Below are positions 12,699-25,061 of a DNA stretch of 64,000 nt, piece after piece; position 1 is the first letter of the stretch, and every line of letters starts with the position of its first letter. Source of the DNA: Heptranchias perlo (taxonomy: Eukaryota); NCBI RefSeq assembly GCF_035084215.1, contig NW_027139607.1, forward strand, positions 1 through 64,000. The letters run 5' to 3'. Position numbers and translations under genes: made by a program. The notes below the pieces were generated by a model. That model was not told the DNA's origin, ran no database searches, and saw nothing but the letters and a program-made list of their open reading frames with translations.

Positions 12699-13289
12699 CT
12701 GCAGAGGCAAAAAGAAAGATTTTCACTGCTGTGTACAGAAGCTGCGTGTCCCTCATTTATTATTTCTTCTTCCCAGAAGCGGTAAGCAGCAGAGAACTAA
12801 GTTCCCAGCCCGACCTCATGACCGGGGCTGTGTGTGTCCCCAATCTCACCAATCCTCTCTCTCTCCCCCCCACGGCTTTGCAAACCTTCATAGAACAGGA
12901 CCAGGAGGCCAGTCGGCCCATCGTGCCTGTGCTGGCTTCTCCGCGTCGCTGCCAAGGCTCTGCGATTGCCCGTTCTGTTCCCATGAACTGGGCGGCCTTA
13001 AAGAGGAAAGCAAGTAACAAGGAAAGCCACTTGTCCGACGAGCCCACCCGCCTCCACAGACCCGGGGACTTACACTCCCAAACTCCACTTCACTCATATT
13101 GTCTCCCAAGGAAAAGTTCTGCAAAATTTCCTCGCACCACACAGAAGTAATCTGAGCCCAACTCCAGGACGCTTAAATCTTACAACCTGCGACATGCCTT
13201 TGAACTGTCCCAAATTAATGTGTACAATTCTGCTAGTCACACTTTGAAAGGGACTTGCAGGCATTATAAAGGGCGCAGATATTGAAAGA

Positions 13290-16200
13290 ACATGCATTTA
13301 TATAGCACCTTTCACCACCTCAGGACGTCCCAAAGCGCTTTACAGCCAATGAAGTAAGTTTTGAAGCGTCGTCACTGTAGGAAATGCTGCATGCAATTTG
13401 CGCACAGCAAGATCCCACAAACAGCAATGAGATAATGACCAGATAATCTGTTTTAGTGATGTTGCTTGAGGGATAAACATTGGCCAGGACACCGGGGAGA
13501 ACTCCCCTGCTCTTCTTGGAAATAGTGGCCGTGGGATCTTTTATATCCACCTGAGGGGGCAGACAGGGCCTCGGTATTTTCTTCATTTGTTCATGGGATG
13601 TGGGCATCGCTGGCAAGGCCAGCATTTATTGCCCATCCCTGATTGCCCTTGAGAAGGTGGTGGTGAGCCGCCTTCTTGAACCGCTGCAGTCCATGTGGTG
13701 AAGGTTCTCCCACAGTGCTGTTAGGAAGGGAGTTCCAGGATTTTGACCCAGCGACAATGAAGGAACGGCGATATATTTCCAAGTCGGGATGGTGTGTGAC
13801 TTGGAAGGGAACATGCAGGTGGTGTCGTTCCCATGTGCCTGCTGCCCTTGTCCTTCTAGGTGGTAGAGGTCGCGGGTTTGGGAGGTGCTGTCGAAGAAGC
13901 TTTGGCGAGTTGCTGCAGTGCATCCTGTGGATGGTACACACTGCAGCCACTGTGCGCCGGTGGTGAAGGGAGTGAATATTTAGGGTGGTGGATGGGGTGC
14001 CAATCAAGCGGGCTGCTTTGTCCTGGATGGTGTCGAGCTTCTTGAGTGTTGTTGGAGCTGCACTCATCCAGGCAAGTGGAGAGTATTCCATCACACTGCT
14101 GACTTGTGCCTTGTAGATGGTGGAAAGGCTTTGGGGAGTCAGGAGGTGAGTCACTCGCCACAGAATACCCAGCCTCTGACCTGCTCTTGTAGCCACAGTA
14201 TTTATATGGCTGGTCCAGTTAAGTTTCTGGTCAATGGTGACCCCCAGGATGTTGATGGTGGGGGCTTCGGCGATGGTAATGCCGTTGAATGTCAAGGGGA
14301 GGTGATTAGACTCTCTCTTGTTGGAGATGGTCATTGCCTGGCACTTGTCTGGCGTGAATGTTACTTGCCACTTATCAGCCCAAGCCTGGATGTTGTCCAG
14401 GTCTTGCTGCATGCAGGCACGGACTGCGTCATTATCTGAGGGGTTGCGAATGGAACTGAACACTGTGCAATCATCAGCGAACATCCCCATTTCTGACCTT
14501 ATGATGGAGGGAAGGTCATTGATGAAGCAGCTAAAGATGGTTGGGCCTAGGACACTGTCCTGAGGAACTCCAGCAGCAATGTCCTGGGGCTGAGTTGATT
14601 GGCCTCCAACAACCACTACCATCTTCCTTTGTGCTAGGTATGACTCCAGCCACTGGAGAGTTTTCCCCCTGATTCCCATTGACTTCAATTTCACTCGCGC
14701 TCCTTGGTGCCACACTCGGTCAAATGCTGCCTTGATGTCAAGGGCAGTCACTCTCACCTCACCTCTGGAATTCAGCTCTTTTGTCCATGTTTGGACCAAG
14801 GCTGTAATGAGGTCTGGAGCCGAGTGGTCCTGGCGGAACCCAAACTGAGCATCAGTGAGCAGGTTATTGGTGAGTAAGTGCCACTTGATAGCACTGTCGA
14901 CGACACCTTCCATCACTTTGCTGATGATTGAGAGTAGACTGATGGGGCGGTAATTGGCCGGATTGGATTTGTCCTGCTTTTTGTGGACAGGACATACCTG
15001 GGCAATTTTCCAAATTGTCGGGTAGATGCCAGTGTTGTAGCTGTACTGGAACAGTTTGGCTAGAGGCGCAGCTAGTTCTGCAGCACAAGTCTTCAGCACT
15101 ACAGCCGGGATGTTGTCGGGGCCCTTAGCCTTTGCTGTATCCAGTGCACTCAGCCGTTTCTTGATATCACGTGGAGTGAATCAAATTGGCTGAAGACTAG
15201 CTTCCGTGATGGTGGGGATATCGGGAGGAGACTGAGATGGATCATCCACTCGGCACTTCTGGCTGAAGACGGTTGCAAACACTTCAGCCTTGTCTTTTAC
15301 ACTCATGTGCTGGACTCTGCCATCATTGAGGATGGGGATGTTTGCAGAGCCTCCTCCTCCAGTTAGTTGTTTAATTGTCCACCACCATTCACGACTGGAT
15401 GTGGCAGGACTGCAGAGCTTTGATCTGATCCGTTGGTTGTGGAATCGCTTAGTTCTGTCTATAGCATGTCGCTTCCTCTGTTTAGCATGCATGTAGTCCT
15501 GAGTTGTAGCTTCACCAGGTTGGCACCTCATTTTTAGGTACGCCTGGTGCTGCTCCTGGCATGCTCTTCTACACTCCTCATTGAACCAGGGTTGATCCCC
15601 TGGCTTATTGGTAATGGTAGAGTGAGGAATATACTGGGCCATGAGGTTACAGATTGTGCTGGAATACAATTCTGCTGCTGCTGATGGCCCACAGCGCCTC
15701 ATGGATGCCCAGTTTTGAGCTGCTAGATCTGTTCTGAATCTATCCCATTTAGCACGGTGGTAGTGCCACATAACATGTTGGATGGTGTCCTCAGTGCGAA
15801 GACGGGACTTCGTCTCCACGAGGACTGTGCGGTGGTCACTCCGACCAATACTGTCATGGACAGATGCATCCGCGACAGGTAGATTGGTGAGGACGAGGTC
15901 AAGTAAGTTTTTCCCTCATGTTGGTTCGCTCACCACCTGCCGCAGGCCCAGTTTAGCAGCTATGTCCTTCAGGACTCGGCCAACTCGGTCAGTAGTGGTG
16001 CTACCGAGCCACTCTTGGTGATGGACATTGAAGTCCCCCACCCAGAGTACATTCTGTGCCCTTGCTACCCTCAGTGCTTCCTCCAAGTGGTGCTCAACAG
16101 GAGGAGGACTGATTCATCAGCTGAGGGAGGGCAGTAGGTGGTAATCAGCAGGAGGTTTCCTTGTCCATGTTTGACCTCCGAAAGATGGCATCTGCGACAG

Positions 16201-16322
16201 TGCAGCACTCCCTCAGTGCAGCACTGAGTTATCAACCTGGATAATGTGCTCAAGTCTCTGTCGTGGGACTTGAACCCACAACCTCCTGCCTCAAGAGACG
16301 AGAGTGCTGCCCACTGAGCCTT
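13290..16322 (-). mobile_element. Deu-domain SINE split into 13290-13575 and 16177-16322 by a LINE insertion
   Basis: SINE stops at gggcctcggt and resumes at tccgaaagatggc after the LINE. Confidence 0.7.
13576..16176 (-). mobile_element. 5'-truncated non-LTR retrotransposon (CR1/L2-group-like, clade not resolved), endonuclease C-terminus + reverse transcriptase, disrupted
   Basis: ORFs 13591-15099 (NYRPISLLS, QFGFR, FADD) and 15181-15819; A-rich 3' tail. Confidence 0.92.
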
Positions 16323-18877
16323 GACTCAGTCTTTAATACTGGCACCATATCCATTCACTGCCCGAGACTGTCCACAATTGTCACCTTAATCAAATACTTT
16401 GACTTTTATAGTGCTTTTCACAGATGGGAAACTAAAGGAGGGGAGACCTGAGGTACTCGGCGGAGATTTAATAGAGGGGTGAATGGGGAATCAACAACGA
16501 AGGATCATCAATTAAACATTCATTGCCGAGAGAGTGATCTCATTGCTGTTTGTGGGATCTTGCTGTGCGCAAATTGGCTGCTGAGTTTCCTACATTAAAA
16601 CAGCGACTACACTTCAAAAGTACTTCATTGGCTGGAAAGCGCTTTGGAACGTCGAGGTTGTGAAAGGCGTTAGAGAAATGCAAATCTATCTTTCCTCCTT
16701 TTTTCTCTTTCAAATGAGATACTAACAGTGTGAGGAGGCTGGAATTCTCCTCACAGGCGAGGAGCTGCAAGTCGGAACAGGTTTCTTATTAATCAATTGA
16801 GATGAAGAGCCAAGACCCAGGCAGGAGGAGACAAGTACAAAATATTTAAACTAGAATGGCAGGGGGATGGGAACCTGAGCAGGGAGACAGAGGAGGGGGA
16901 AACAAGGACAGAAACAAAAGACAGAAAGGGAAGAAGCAATAGTGGAAGGCAGAGAAAACAAGAGCGAAAAACAATTAGGGCCATAGTGCAAAATAAAACT
17001 AAGATGACTAGCAATCTTAAAAAGACAAGTCTAAAGGCATTGTGTCTTAATGCGTGGAGCATTCGCAATAAGCTAGATGAATTAACAGCGCAGATAGATA
17101 TTAACGGTTATGATATAGTTGCGATTACGGAGACATGGCTGCAGGGTGACCAAGGATCGGAACTGAACATCCAGGGATATTCAATATTTAGGAAGGACAG
17201 ACAAAAAGGGAAAGGAGGTGGGGTAGCGTTGTTAGTAAAGGAGGAAATCAATGCAATTGTGAGGAAGGATTTTTGCTCGGAAAATCACGATGTGGAATCT
17301 GTATGGGTGGAGCTAAGAAACACCAAGGGGCAGAAAACGTTGGTGGGGGTTGTCTATAGGCCCCCAAACAGTAGTGGAGATGTAGGGGAGGGCATTAAAC
17401 AGGAAATTAGAGACGCATGCAAAAAGGATAAAATTATAATCATGGGTGAGTTTAATCTACATATAGATTGGTCAAACCAAATTAGCAATAATACTGTGGG
17501 GGAGGAATTCCTGGAGTGTGTACGTGATGGTTTTGTAAACCAATACGTTGAGGAACTAACTGGGGAACAGGCGATCCTAGACTGGGTATTGTGCAATGAG
17601 AAAGGATTAATTAACAATCTTGTTGTGCGGGGTCCCTTAGGGAAGAGCGACCATAACATGATAGAATTCCTTATTAAGGTGGAGAGCAAAGTAGTTGAAT
17701 CCAAAACTAGGGTCCTGAATCTAAATAAAGGAAATTACGAAAGTATGAGGTGTGAGTTGGCTATGATAGATTGGAGAACTTTACTAAAAGGGATGACGGT
17801 GGATAGGCAATGGCTAATATTTAAAGAAGGTGTGCAGGAATTACAACAATTATTTATTCCTGTCTGGCGCAAAAATAAAACAGGAAAGGTGGCTCAACTG
17901 CGGCTTACAAAAGAAATTAGGGATAGTATTAGATCCAAAAAGGAGGCATATAAAATTGCCAGAAAAAGCAGCAAGCCTGAGGATTGGGAGCAGTTCAGAA
18001 TTCAGCAAAGGAGGACAAAGAGATTGATTAAGAGGGGAAAAATAGAGTATGAGAGTAAACAAGCAGGGAACATAAAAACTGACTGTAAAAGCTTCCATAA
18101 AAAGATTAGTGAAAACAAATTTAGGTCCTTTACAGTCAGAAATGGGGGAAATTATAATGGGGAACAAAGAAATGGCAGAACAATTAAACACATGCTTTGG
18201 TTCTGTCTTCACAAAGGAGGACACAAATAGCCTGCCAGAAATGTTAGGGAACCAAGGGTCTAGTGAGAGGGAGGAACTGAAGGAAATCAGTATTAGTAAA
18301 AAAAAGTGCGAGGGAAATTAATGGGGCTAAAGGCTGACAAATCCCCAGGGCCTGATAATCTACATCCCAGAGTACTAAAGGAAGTGGCCCTGGAAATAGT
18401 GGATGCATTGGTGATCATCTTCCAAAATTCTATAGACTCTGGAACAGTTCCTACAGATTGGAGGGTGGCAAATGTAACCCCACTATTTAAAAAAGGGAGA
18501 GAAAAAACAGAGAATTATAGACCAGTTAGCCTAACATCAGTAGTGGGGAAAATGCTAGAGTCTATTATAAAAGATGTGATAACAGAACACTTGGAGGGCA
18601 TTAACAGGATTGGACAAAGTCAGCATGGGTTTATGAAAGGGAAATCATGCTTAACAAATCTACTGGAGTTTTTTGAGGATGTAACTAGTAGAATAGATAG
18701 GGGAGAACCAGTGGATGTGGTGTATTTGGATTTTCAGAAGGCTTTTGATAAGGTCCCACTCAGGATGTTAGTGTGCAAAATTAAAGCACATGGGATTGGG
18801 GGGAATATACTGGCATGGATTGAGAATTGGTTGACAGACAGGAAACAGAGAGTGGGAATAAACGGGTCTTTTTCCGG

Positions 18878-19675
18878 TTTTTCTTTTTATTCGTTCATGG
18901 GATGTGGGCGTCGCTGGTGAGGCCGGCATTTATTGCCCATCCCTAATTGCCCTTGAGAAGGTGGTGGTGAGCTGCCTTCTTGAACCGCTGCAGTCCGTGT
19001 GGTGAAGGTTCTCCCACAGTGCTGTTAGGAAGGGAGTTCCAGGATTTTGACCCAGCGACGATGAAGGAACGGTGATATATTTCCAAGTCGGGATGGTGTG
19101 TGACTTGGAGGGGGACGTGCAGGTGGTGGTGTTCCCATGTGCCTGCTGCTCTTGTCCTTCTAGGTGGTAGAAGTCGCAGGTTTAGGAGGTGCCTTGGTGA
19201 GTTGCTGCAGTGCATCCTGTGGATGGTACACACTGCAGCCACAGTGCGCCGGTGGTGAAGGGAGTGAATGTTTAGGGTGGTGGATGGGGTGCCAATCAAG
19301 CAGGCTGCTTTGTCCTGGATGGTGTCGAGCTTCTTGAGTGTTGTTGGAGCTGCACTCATCCAGGCAAGTGGAGAGTATTCCATCACACTGCTGACTTGTG
19401 CCTTGTAGATGGTGGAAAGGCTTTGGGGAGTCAGGAGGTGAGTCACTCGCCGTAGAATACCCAGCCTCTGACCTGCTCTTGTAGCCACAGTATTTATGTG
19501 GCTGGTCCAGTTAAGTTTCCGGTCAATAATGACCCCCAGGACGTTGATGGTGCGGAATTCGGTGATGATAATGCCGTTGAATGACTGCTTCATTATCTGA
19601 GGGGTTGCGAATGGAACTGAACACTGTGCAATCATCAGTGAACATCCCCATTTCTGACCTTATGATGGAGGGAAG
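18878..19675 (-). mobile_element. 3' fragment of the 13576-16176 LINE family nested in CR1
   Basis: Near-identical to 13590-14510 with an internal deletion. Confidence 0.9.
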
Positions 19676-19740
19676 GTGGCAGGCAGTGACTAGTGTGGTA
19701 CCACAGGGATCTGTCTTGGGGCCCCAGCTATTCACAATAT

Positions 19741-20663
19741 TTATTAACGACTTAGATGAAGACACAAAGATTGGTGGCATTGTAAGCAGTGTAGATGAAA
19801 ACATAAAATTACAAAGTGGTATTGATAGATTAGATGAATGGGCAAAACTGTGGCAAATGGAATTCAATGTAGACGAATGTGAGGTCATCCACTTTGGATC
19901 AAAAAAGGATAGAACAGAGTACTTTCTAAATGTTAAAAAGTTAAAAACAGTGGATGTCCAAAGGGACTTAGGGGTTCAGGTACATAGATCATTGAAGTAT
20001 CATGAACAGGTGCAGAAAATAAGCAATAAGGCGAATGGAATGCTGGCCTTTATATGTAGAGGACTTGAGTACAAGGGGCAGAAGTTATGCTGCAGCTATA
20101 CAAAACCCTGGTTAGACTGCACCTGGAGTACTGTGAGCAGTTCTGGGCACCGCACCTTCGGAACGACATATTGGCCTTGGAGGGAGTGCAGCGTAGGTTT
20201 ACTAGAATGATACCCGGACTTCAAGGGTTAAGTTACGAGGAGAGATTACACAAATTGGGGTTGTGTTCTCTGGAGTTTTGAAGGTTAAGGGGTGATCTGA
20301 TCGAAGTTTATAAGATATTAAGGGGAACGGATAGGGTGGAGAGAGAGAAACTATTTCCGCTGGTTGGGGATTCTAGGAGTAGGGGGCACAGTCTAAAAAT
20401 TAGAGCCAGACCTTTCAGGAGCGAGATTAGAAAACATTTCTACACACAAAGGGTGGTAGAAGTTTGGAACTCTCTTCTGCAAACGGCAATTGATACTAGC
20501 TCAATTGCTAAATTTAAATGTGAGAGAGATAGCTTTTTGGCAACCAAAGGTATTAAGGGATATGGGCCAAAGGCAGGTATATGGAGTTAGACCACAGATC
20601 AGCCATGATCTTATCAAATGGCGGAGCAGGCTCGAGGGGCTGAATGGCCTACTCCTGTTCCTA
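19741..20663 (+). mobile_element. Second CR1 subfamily 3' fragment nested in the first CR1
   Basis: Has its own 3' tail (gatcagccatgatc..ggcctactcctgttcctatg); host CR1 resumes after it; matches 22770-23870 inverted. Confidence 0.8.
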
Positions 20664-21300
20664 TGATTTGGATGAGGGAACTAAATGTAACATTTCCAGT
20701 TTGCAGATGACACAAAGCTGGATGTTCCCGATGGCTGGGGAGTCCAGAACCAGGGGTCACAGTCTCAGGATACGGGGTTTGCCATTTAGAACTGAGATGA
20801 GGAGAAATTTCTTCACTCAGAGGGTGGTGAACCTGTGGAATTCTCTACCACAGAAGGCAGTGGAGGCCAAGTCATTCGATGTATTCAAGAAGGAGATAGA
20901 TATATTTCTTAATGCTAAAGGGATCAAGAGAAATGGGGAAAAAGCGGGAACAGGGTACTGAGTTAGAGGATCAGCCATGATCATTTTGAATGGCGGAGCA
21001 GGCCCGAAGGGCCGAATGGCCTACTCTTGCTCCTATTTTCTGTGTTTCTATTCCGCATCGTGCTCAGCCCCGGTTCGGTGCAGATATTGCAATTTCCTTC
21101 CTGCTGCCTCTGACAGAGAGAAGCAGCAGCAAGAAATCTGCTCCGAGAGGAAGGAAGTGGCCAGGTCTTACAGCAAAGTGGAACTGTGACTTTCAGAAGG
21201 AACCGGCCCCAGTGCGGGGTCACAGCACCGGGCAACCAGGACGTGTCCCTGAGGGAGCAGAGAGCCCACGGACCACACTCCCCTGCCCCGGGGGGGGGGC

Positions 21301-21433
21301 NNNNNNNNNNNNNNNNNNNNNNNNNNNNNNNNNNNNNNNNNNNNNNNNNNNNNNNNNNNNNNNNNNNNNNNNNNNNNNNNNNNNNNNNNNNNNNNNNNNN
21401 NNNNNNNNNNNNNNNNNNNNNNNNNNNNNNNNN
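21301..21433. other. Assembly gap (133 N) in CORO7 intron 1
   Basis: Run of N. Confidence 1.
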
Positions 21434-21575
21434 GGAGGGAGGGGAGAGGAGACGGAGGAAGAGCCCGGGGGGGCGGGGCCCCGGGTCCACAGACTCTCTG
21501 TACCGGCCCAGCCCCGGTTTCCGGGCGGGCCGCGGGGTCTCTGTTTCCCCCCCCCCCCGGGCCCCGGGTACTCAC

Positions 21576-21635
21576 CGGTCGGGCCGGGAGCCGCGGCGCC
21601 GTGTTCTTGTATTTCGAGGCTCGGAAGCGGTTCAT
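21576..21635 (-). CDS. CORO7: Coronin-7 coding exon 1 (MNRFRASKYKNTAPRLPARP)
   Basis: accATG start, CCG|gtgagt donor, 60 nt; human MNRFRVSKFRHTEARPPRRE as recalled; exons 1-7 join in frame (621 nt). Confidence 0.96.
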
Positions 21636-21940
21636 GGTCCCGGTCTGACAGCCGCTCTGTCAGCGATTGCACCGCCTGCCGAAGGGCGGGGCTCGGGGAG
21701 CGACTAGCCCAGCCTGCGGCCCGCACCATTACCGCGGCCTCGGGGGGGGGGGGGGACCGGCAACTCGATACCCCCCCGCGCCGAGTGCGCACTCCCGCAC
21801 CCGCACCGCCCGTCAATCACAGAGGCCCCGCCCACTGCTGGGCGGTACAATCAAAGAGAAACTCAGGGGGATCCGGAGAGCGCTCGGCAACTGTGGCACA
21901 GTCCACCGAACAACAAGCGGGACAGCGTGGGCGGGGCCTG
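21636..21940 (-). promoter_or_regulatory. CORO7 CpG-island 5'UTR/promoter
   Basis: CpG-dense; GC boxes ggccccgccc (~21823) and gggcggggc (~21930). Confidence 0.75.
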
Positions 21941-22285
21941 AGAGAGAATGGGAGGAGTCAGTGAATGGGAGGGGCCTGAGAGAGAATGGGAGGAGTCAGT
22001 GAATGGGAGGGGCCTGAGAGAGAATGGGAGGAGTCAGTGAATGGGAGGGGCCTGAGAGAGAATGGGAGGAGTCAGTGAATGGGAGGGGCCTGAGAGAGAA
22101 TGGGAGGAGTCAGTGAATGGGAGGGGCCTGAGAGAGAATGGGAGGAGTCAGTGAATGGGAGGGGCCTGAGAGAGAATCGGAGGTGTCAGTGAATGGGAGG
22201 GGCCTGTGCATAAATGGGACCAGTCTGGGAGTGAATGGGAGGAGTCTGGATTAGTGGGCGGGGCCTGTGAATGGGAGGGGCCTGG
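21934..22285. repeat. 38-bp minisatellite ggggcctgagagagaatgggaggagtcagtgaatggga upstream of CORO7
   Basis: ~7 good copies plus degenerate ones. Confidence 0.92.
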
Positions 22286-22769
22286 GGCTACAGAACACTG
22301 CATAACTGCACATGCACGATTCTGTTTGAATTCCTGCCCTGCACAGGTCTGCCCAGGCTGCTTGTCAATAACAACTTGCATGTCTACAGCGCCTTTAACG
22401 TAATAAAACATCCCAAGGCACTTCATAGGAACATTATCAGACAAAAATTGACACCAAGTCCTGTGTCAGGCACCTCTGGCAGTGCGGTAAGCCCTCAGTG
22501 TCAGCCTGGATTTTGTGCTCAAGTCTCTGCAGGGAGGCTTGAACCCACAACCTTCTGACTGAGAGGTGAGGGTGTGACCCACTGACACCTTAGCTCATTG
22601 GAGAGGTCAAATCCTCATCCATTTCTCCCCCTGCCATGCCCCAGCTGCTGGTGCCCCTTGTTGATGTTTTTGGCCACGATTAAGGATCATGAATCCTGCC
22701 ATCAAGGTGTTCTAAAGCCGATCCCCAAGCTGAGGTTCCACAAGTGAGGCCCTACTGTCAATTGCGTTA

Positions 22770-23870
22770 GGAACATAGCAATATTTAGTCCCTCGAGCCT
22801 GTTCCGCCATTCAACGAGATCATGGCTGATCTGTGACCTAACTCCATATACCCGCCGTAGCCCTATATCCCTTAATACCTCTGGTTATCAAAAATCTATC
22901 AATCTCGGATTTAAAATTAACAATTGAGCTGGCATCAACTGCCATTTGCGGAAGAGAGTTCCAAACTTCTCCCACCCTTTGCGTGTAGAAGTGTTTCCGA
23001 ACTGCACTCCTGAAAGCCCTGGCTCTAATTTTTAGGCTCTGTCCCCGAGTCCTAGACTCCCCAACCAACGGAAATAGTTTCTCTCTATCTACCCTATCAG
23101 TTCCCCTTAATATCTTGAAAACTTTGATCAATTCACCCCTTAATCTTATAAATTCCAGGGAATACAACCCTAGTTTGTGTAATCTCTCCTCGTAATTTAA
23201 CCCTTGGAGTCCAGGTATCATTCTAGTAAATCTACGCTGCATTCCTCCTTCCTAAGGTGCAGTGCCCAGAACTGAACACAGTTCTCCAGGTGTGGTCTAA
23301 TGTATATGGCTTTGTATAGCTGTAGCATAACTTCTACCCCCTTGTATTCGAGTCCTCTAGATATAAAGGCCAGCATTCCATTAGCCTTTTTGATTATTTT
23401 CTGTAACTGTCCATGACATTTTAATGATCTATGTACATGGATCCCTAAGTCTCTTTGGACCTCCACTGTTTCGAACTTTTCACTATTTAGAAAGTACTCT
23501 GATCTATCCTTTATAGGTCCAAAGTGGATGACCTCATACTTGCCTACATTGAAATCCATTTGCCACAGTTTTGCCCATTCGCTTTATCTATTAATATCGC
23601 ACTCTAATTTTATGCTTCCACCTACACTGCTTACAATGCTACCTATCTTTGTGTCATCAGCAAACTTGAATACATGGCTCTCTATCCCGTCATCTAAGTT
23701 GTTAATAAAAACAGTGGATACAGATCCCTGAAGGACACCACTAGTCACATCCTGCAATTTGAGAACCTGCCCATTGTGCCTACTCTCCATCTCCTGCCGC
23801 TCAGCCAATTTGCTAAAAAGGTCAATAATTTGCCCTCAATTCCGTGAGCTTCAACTTTAGCTAACAGGCT
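22770..23870 (-). mobile_element. CR1 LINE 3' fragment
   Basis: ORFs 22838-23242, 23218-23559, 23584-23808 (KFADDTK, QRRFTRMIPGL). Confidence 0.9.
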
Positions 23871-24287
23871 CTTGTGCTCGCTGACCTACATTGGCTCCCG
23901 GTCAGGCAACACCTCAATTTTCAAATTCTCATCCTTGTTTTCAAATCCCTCCATGGCCTCGCCCCTCTGCAACCTCCTCCAGCCCTACAACCCTCTGAGA
24001 TCTCTGCGCTCCTCCAATTCTGGCCTCTTGCGCATCCCCGATTTCCATCGCTCCACCATTGGCGGCCGTGCCTTCAGCTGCCTGGGCCCTAAGCTCTGGA
24101 ATTCCCTCCCTAAACCTCTCCGCCTCTCTCTCCTCCTTTAAGATGCTCCTTAAAACCTGCCTCTTTGACCAAGCTTTTGTCACTTGTCCTAATATGTGTC
24201 TCAGTGTCAGATTTTGTCTGATAATCGCTCCTGTGAAGGGCTTTGGGACATTTTACTACATTAAAGGCACTGAATAAATGCAAGTTG
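23871..24287 (+). mobile_element. L2-type LINE 3' fragment
   Basis: LADLHWLPV.. motif, ataaatgcaagt tail. Confidence 0.8.
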
Positions 24288-24431
24288 TTGATAGGGAGAG
24301 CCTCTTTCCATTGGCAGAAGGGTCGGTTACTGGAGACAGAGATTTCAAATAATTGTCAAAAGAACCAGGGGGGAAAATGAGAATTTTTTTATGCAGCGAG
24401 TTGTTATGATCCAGAATGCACTCAGCTGTGA

Positions 24432-24696
24432 GCCTGGGGCAGGGTGTAGGAGGCCTGGGCCTCGGGCTGTGCAGGATATAGGAGGCCGGGGCCTGGGCCT
24501 CGGGCTGTGCAGGGTATAGGAGGCCGGGGCCGGGGCCTGGGCCTGGGCCTCGGGCTGTGCAGGGTATAGGAGGCCGGGGCCTCGGGCTGTGCAGGGTATA
24601 GGAGGCCGGGGCCTCGGGCTGTGCAGGGTATAGGAGGCCGGGGCCTCGGGCTGTGCAGGGTATAGGAGGCCGGGGCCGGGGCCTCGGGCTGTGCAG
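24432..24696. repeat. ~33-bp minisatellite (gggcctcgggctgtgcagggtataggaggccg) just upstream of the DNAJA3 promoter
   Basis: ~7 tandem copies. Confidence 0.9.
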
Positions 24697-24723
24697 TGCC
24701 CGGGTCAGGAGGAGCATCTCAAC

Positions 24724-24870
24724 GCTGCTAGGCAACAAGGCTTGTTGCGCAGGCGCAATGAGTGATTACGGAGGCGCGTTGGTTGCGTACGCAGCGGCGG
24801 TACGCGCAGGCGCAGTGCCTATGCGGGGGGTGGGGAACGTCGATCTGCGCAGGCGCGCTAAGATGGCGGC
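24724..24870 (+). promoter_or_regulatory. DNAJA3 core promoter: RFX X-box, three NRF1 sites, YY1 site over the ATG
   Basis: gctgctaggcaac 24724-24736; (t/c)gcgcaggcgc(a/g) at 24746, 24803, 24846; aagatggcggc 24860-24870. Confidence 0.8.
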
Positions 24871-25061
24871 TGCTCGGTGCTGGTCACGTTTGGTGTCGGT
24901 GTCCTGGGGCTCGGCGGCTGGGACCGCGCTGCTCGACCCCGGGGCTCTGCGGGCACTCGGCCCCCGCACCATATGTAGCGTGTTTGGGAAGGGCCGTGGA
25001 CTGCTGTCGGCTGGGGGTCTGGGCCCGAGGCTCGGCCTGGAGCTGCGGCTGAGGCTGCCCG
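24863..25061 (+). CDS. DNAJA3: DNAJA3/Tid1 exon 1 (MAAARCWSRL...; mitochondrial presequence-like)
   Basis: aagATGg start, CCG|gtaagg donor, 199 nt; exons 1-10 total 1318 nt in frame. Confidence 0.9.

Larger units (their letters stand above)
16790..21050 (+). mobile_element. CR1 LINE ORF2 (APE endonuclease + RT), frameshifted, interrupted by two nested LINE fragments
   Basis: ORFs 16986-18230 (AITETWL, YRPP, SDH) and 18306-18920 (YRPVSLTS, YLDFQKAFDKV); CR1 3' hairpin tail at 20970-21050. Confidence 0.92.

Noticed and set aside
24653-24862. In-frame upstream ATGs (24758, 24821) extending the DNAJA3 N-terminus
   Set aside because: They lie among NRF1/RFX promoter motifs, probably upstream of the TSS; homology begins at 24863.
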